A stretch of DNA of 64,000 nt, from NCBI GenBank assembly GCA_963745025.1, contig CAVUWD010000002.1, positions 214,736 through 278,735 of the forward strand, read 5' to 3'. Both the position numbers and the translations under genes were made by a program. The stretch comes from an uncultured delta proteobacterium. Its GTDB lineage: Bacteria > Desulfobacterota > Binatia > JACPRU01. Positions 61,442 through 64,000 of this stretch are shown piece by piece. Each line of letters starts with the position of its first letter. The stretch's first letter is position 1. Under the pieces are notes generated by a model, which saw only the letters and a list, made by a program, of their open reading frames with translations, was not told where the DNA came from and made no database searches.

Positions 61442-63541
61442 ATGATGAAGATCGTCGAACGAGACTTCCAGGGACGGAAGCTCACCATCGAAGTGGGGCG
61501 CCTCGCCAAGCAGGCGAGCGGCTCGGCCCTGGTCCGTTACGGAGACACGGTGGTGCTGGTGACCGCCGTTTCCTCCAGGGATACGCGCGAGGGGATCGAT
61601 TTCTTTCCGCTCACCGTCGACTACCAGGAGAAGACGTTCGCGGCCGGAAAGATTCCCGGCGGATTCTTCAAGCGAGAAGGAAGACCTTCCGAGAAGGAAG
61701 TGCTCACCTCGCGGCTGATCGATCGGCCTCTGCGGCCGAACTTCCCCGAGGGTTTCTTGTGCGAGACCCAGGTCATTGCCACCGTGCTCTCCGCGGATCG
61801 CGATAACGATCCCGACATGGTCGCGCTGATCGGTGCATCGGCCGCCCTGCAGGTTTCCGACATCCCGTTCCACGGCCCGCTCGCCGGCGTGCGCATGGGA
61901 CGCCTCGACGGCAAGCTCGTCGTGAATCCCATCCTGGAGCAGCTCGAGAAGAGCGATCTCAACTTGATCGTTGCCTGCAGCCGGGACGCCATCGTCATGG
62001 TCGAGGGCGGCGGCAAGAACGTTCCCGAGGACGTCGTGCTCGATGCCCTCTTCGGCGCTCTCGACGCCTGCCAGATGATTTTCGACATGCAGGACGAGCT
62101 GCAAAAAAGCGTAGGCAAGCCGAAGCGGACCGTCGCGGCACCGAAGCGAGACCATGCGCTCCACGAGCGCGTCAAGGCGCTGGCTGTGCCCAAGATCCGC
62201 GAGGCCATGAGCCTTGCCGGAAAGCGCGAGCGCAACGATCTTTTGCGCGAGACCAAGCGTGGCGTGAGAGCAGCGCTGATCGCCGAGTTCCCGGACCGCG
62301 AGGGCGAAGTCCGGGCGGCGTACGAGGACATCGAGTACAAGCTCTTCCGCGAGACGATCGTCCGCGAGAACCGCCGCGTCGACGGCCGCGGTCTGAAGGA
62401 CATCCGCCCGATCGCCTGCGAGGTGGAGGTGCTGCCCCGTACGCATGGCTCGGCGCTGTTCACCCGCGGCGAGACTCAGGCACTGTGCGTGACGACACTC
62501 GGAACGACGTCGGACGAGCAGAAGATCGATGCGCTGCTCGGCGAGTACTACAAGCGGTTCATGCTTCACTACAACTTCCCGCCGTTCAGTGTCGGCGAGG
62601 TGAAGTTCCTGCGCGGCCCGGGCCGCAGAGAGATCGGCCACGGCGCGCTGGCGGAGCGCGCGCTCGCCGGCGTGCTCCCGGACGAGGGCAAGTTTCCCTA
62701 CACGATCCGTCTCGTCTCCGAGATCCTCGAGTCGAACGGATCGTCCTCGATGGCGACGATCTGCGGCGGAAGCCTGTCATTGATGGATGCCGGCGTGCCG
62801 ATCCTGGCTCCGGTCGCCGGCGTGGCGATGGGGCTCATCAAGGAAGGAAGCGAAGTCCGGGTCCTGACCGACATCCTCGGCGACGAGGATCATCTCGGCG
62901 ACATGGACTTCAAGGTCGCGGGCACGGCCGAGGGCGTGACCGCGGTGCAGATGGACAACAAGATCGGCGGCGTGAGCCGTGAGGTCATGCGCGATGCGCT
63001 CTACCAAGCACGCGAGGGGCGGCTCCACATCCTCGGCGAGATGAAGAAGGCGCTGCACTCGCCACGCGAGGAGCTCTCGAATTACGCGCCGCGCATCGTG
63101 ACCCTCAAGATCCGCGTCGACAAGATCCGGGACATCATCGGACCGGGAGGGAAGGTCATACGCTCGATCGTCGAGGAGACCGGGGCCAAGATCGACGTCG
63201 AGGACGACGGCACGATCTTCGTCGCGTCGACCGACGGTGAGGCGATGAAGAAGGCGATCGATCGCATCAAATCGATCACCGCGGAAGCCGAGATCGGCAA
63301 GATCTACAAGGGGAAGGTGCGGAAGGTCATGGACTTCGGCGCGTTCGTCGAGATCTTTCCCGGCACCGACGGGCTCGTGCACATCTCGCAGCTCGCCAAC
63401 CACCGCGTGGCCAACGTCACCGACGTCGTGAACGAGGGCGACGAGATCTACGTGAAAGTTCTCGAGGTCGACCCGAAGAGCGGAAAGATCCGCTTGTCGC
63501 TGCGCGAGGCGCAGCGCGAGATGGCCGCCGGCCAGAACTGA
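61442..63541 (+). CDS. pnp: Polyribonucleotide nucleotidyltransferase (PNPase)
   Basis: [36 protein letters not shown] and S1 domains. Confidence 0.98.
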   Translation: MMKIVERDFQGRKLTIEVGRLAKQASGSALVRYGDTVVLVTAVSSRDTREGIDFFPLTVDYQEKTFAAGKIPGGFFKREGRPSEKEVLTSRLIDRPLRPNFPEGFLCETQVIATVLSADRDNDPDMVALIGASAALQVSDIPFHGPLAGVRMGRLDGKLVVNPILEQLEKSDLNLIVACSRDAIVMVEGGGKNVPEDVVLDALFGALDACQMIFDMQDELQKSVGKPKRTVAAPKRDHALHERVKALAVPKIREAMSLAGKRERNDLLRETKRGVRAALIAEFPDREGEVRAAYEDIEYKLFRETIVRENRRVDGRGLKDIRPIACEVEVLPRTHGSALFTRGETQALCVTTLGTTSDEQKIDALLGEYYKRFMLHYNFPPFSVGEVKFLRGPGRREIGHGALAERALAGVLPDEGKFPYTIRLVSEILESNGSSSMATICGGSLSLMDAGVPILAPVAGVAMGLIKEGSEVRVLTDILGDEDHLGDMDFKVAGTAEGVTAVQMDNKIGGVSREVMRDALYQAREGRLHILGEMKKALHSPREELSNYAPRIVTLKIRVDKIRDIIGPGGKVIRSIVEETGAKIDVEDDGTIFVASTDGEAMKKAIDRIKSITAEAEIGKIYKGKVRKVMDFGAFVEIFPGTDGLVHISQLANHRVANVTDVVNEGDEIYVKVLEVDPKSGKIRLSLREAQREMAAGQN

Positions 63542-63559
63542 GCGCCGGGAGAGAGGGCA

Positions 63560-63997
63560 GTGGAGCTGCGCGTTCAGATCAAGCGCCTACGGCCAGACGC
63601 CTCGCTCCCGCGCTACATGACCTCGCACGCCGCCGGGATGGACCTCGCCGCGGCGATCGACGGGCCGGTCACGCTCGCGGCGCGTGAGCGGGCGAGCGTC
63701 GGAACCGGCCTCGCGATCTCTCTTCCCGAGGGCTACGAAGCGCAGATCCGCCCGCGCAGCGGTCTCGCGACCCGCCACGGCATCACGCTCCTCAACTCAC
63801 CCGGCACGATCGACGCCGACTATCGCGGCGAGATCCGTGTGATCCTCATCAATCACGGAAGCGAAGCGGCGACGATCCGGTCCGGCGATCGAATCGCGCA
63901 GATGATCGTCGGCCCGGTGACGCGCGTCGACTGGATCGAGGTCGACGAGCTCGACGAGACGGGGCGCGGCGGCGGCGGATTCGGGCATACGGGATGA
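63560..63997 (+). CDS. dut: dUTP diphosphatase
   Basis: [34 protein letters not shown]. Confidence 0.97.
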   Translation: MELRVQIKRLRPDASLPRYMTSHAAGMDLAAAIDGPVTLAARERASVGTGLAISLPEGYEAQIRPRSGLATRHGITLLNSPGTIDADYRGEIRVILINHGSEAATIRSGDRIAQMIVGPVTRVDWIEVDELDETGRGGGGFGHTG

Positions 63998-64000
63998 AGG

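Overview
GC-rich (roughly two-thirds G+C by eye) bacterial chromosomal window, mostly core and housekeeping genes. The gene set looks like a deltaproteobacteria-like lineage such as Binatota/Myxococcota (inference only). It contains pilT, a myxosortase-like CPBP protease, rlpA, a beta-oxidation pair, dnaB, thiE, an ntrBC-like pair, a GMC oxidoreductase pair, the prkA-yeaH-spoVR operon, an Rrf2-controlled sulfonate-type ABC transporter, coaX, a divergent EF-G, icd-mdh-sucCD-ndk, a DUF4258/YgiT toxin-antitoxin pair, heme A/O cytochrome oxidase maturation genes, iscA, an Rsm22/METTL17-like methyltransferase, hisS-aspS, nfeD-slipin, rng, an HNH nuclease, smc-ftsY, rpsO-pnp and dut. Two blocks (~5.1-7.3 kb and ~16.5-20.8 kb) and a few single sites carry frameshifts that look like consensus errors. 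No rRNA, tRNA, CRISPR-Cas or intact transposase was recognised. The most unusual signals are non-coding. (1) Five intergenic palindromic elements are built from GGCTACH/CCGGTAG heptamer arms, one expanded to 19 perfect units. (2) A separate family of ~66-bp hairpin cassettes delimited by CTAG/CTGG occurs at three loci, and one copy appears to supply the RBS and start codon of a gene. (3) Many short gene relics lie in intergenic spaces.
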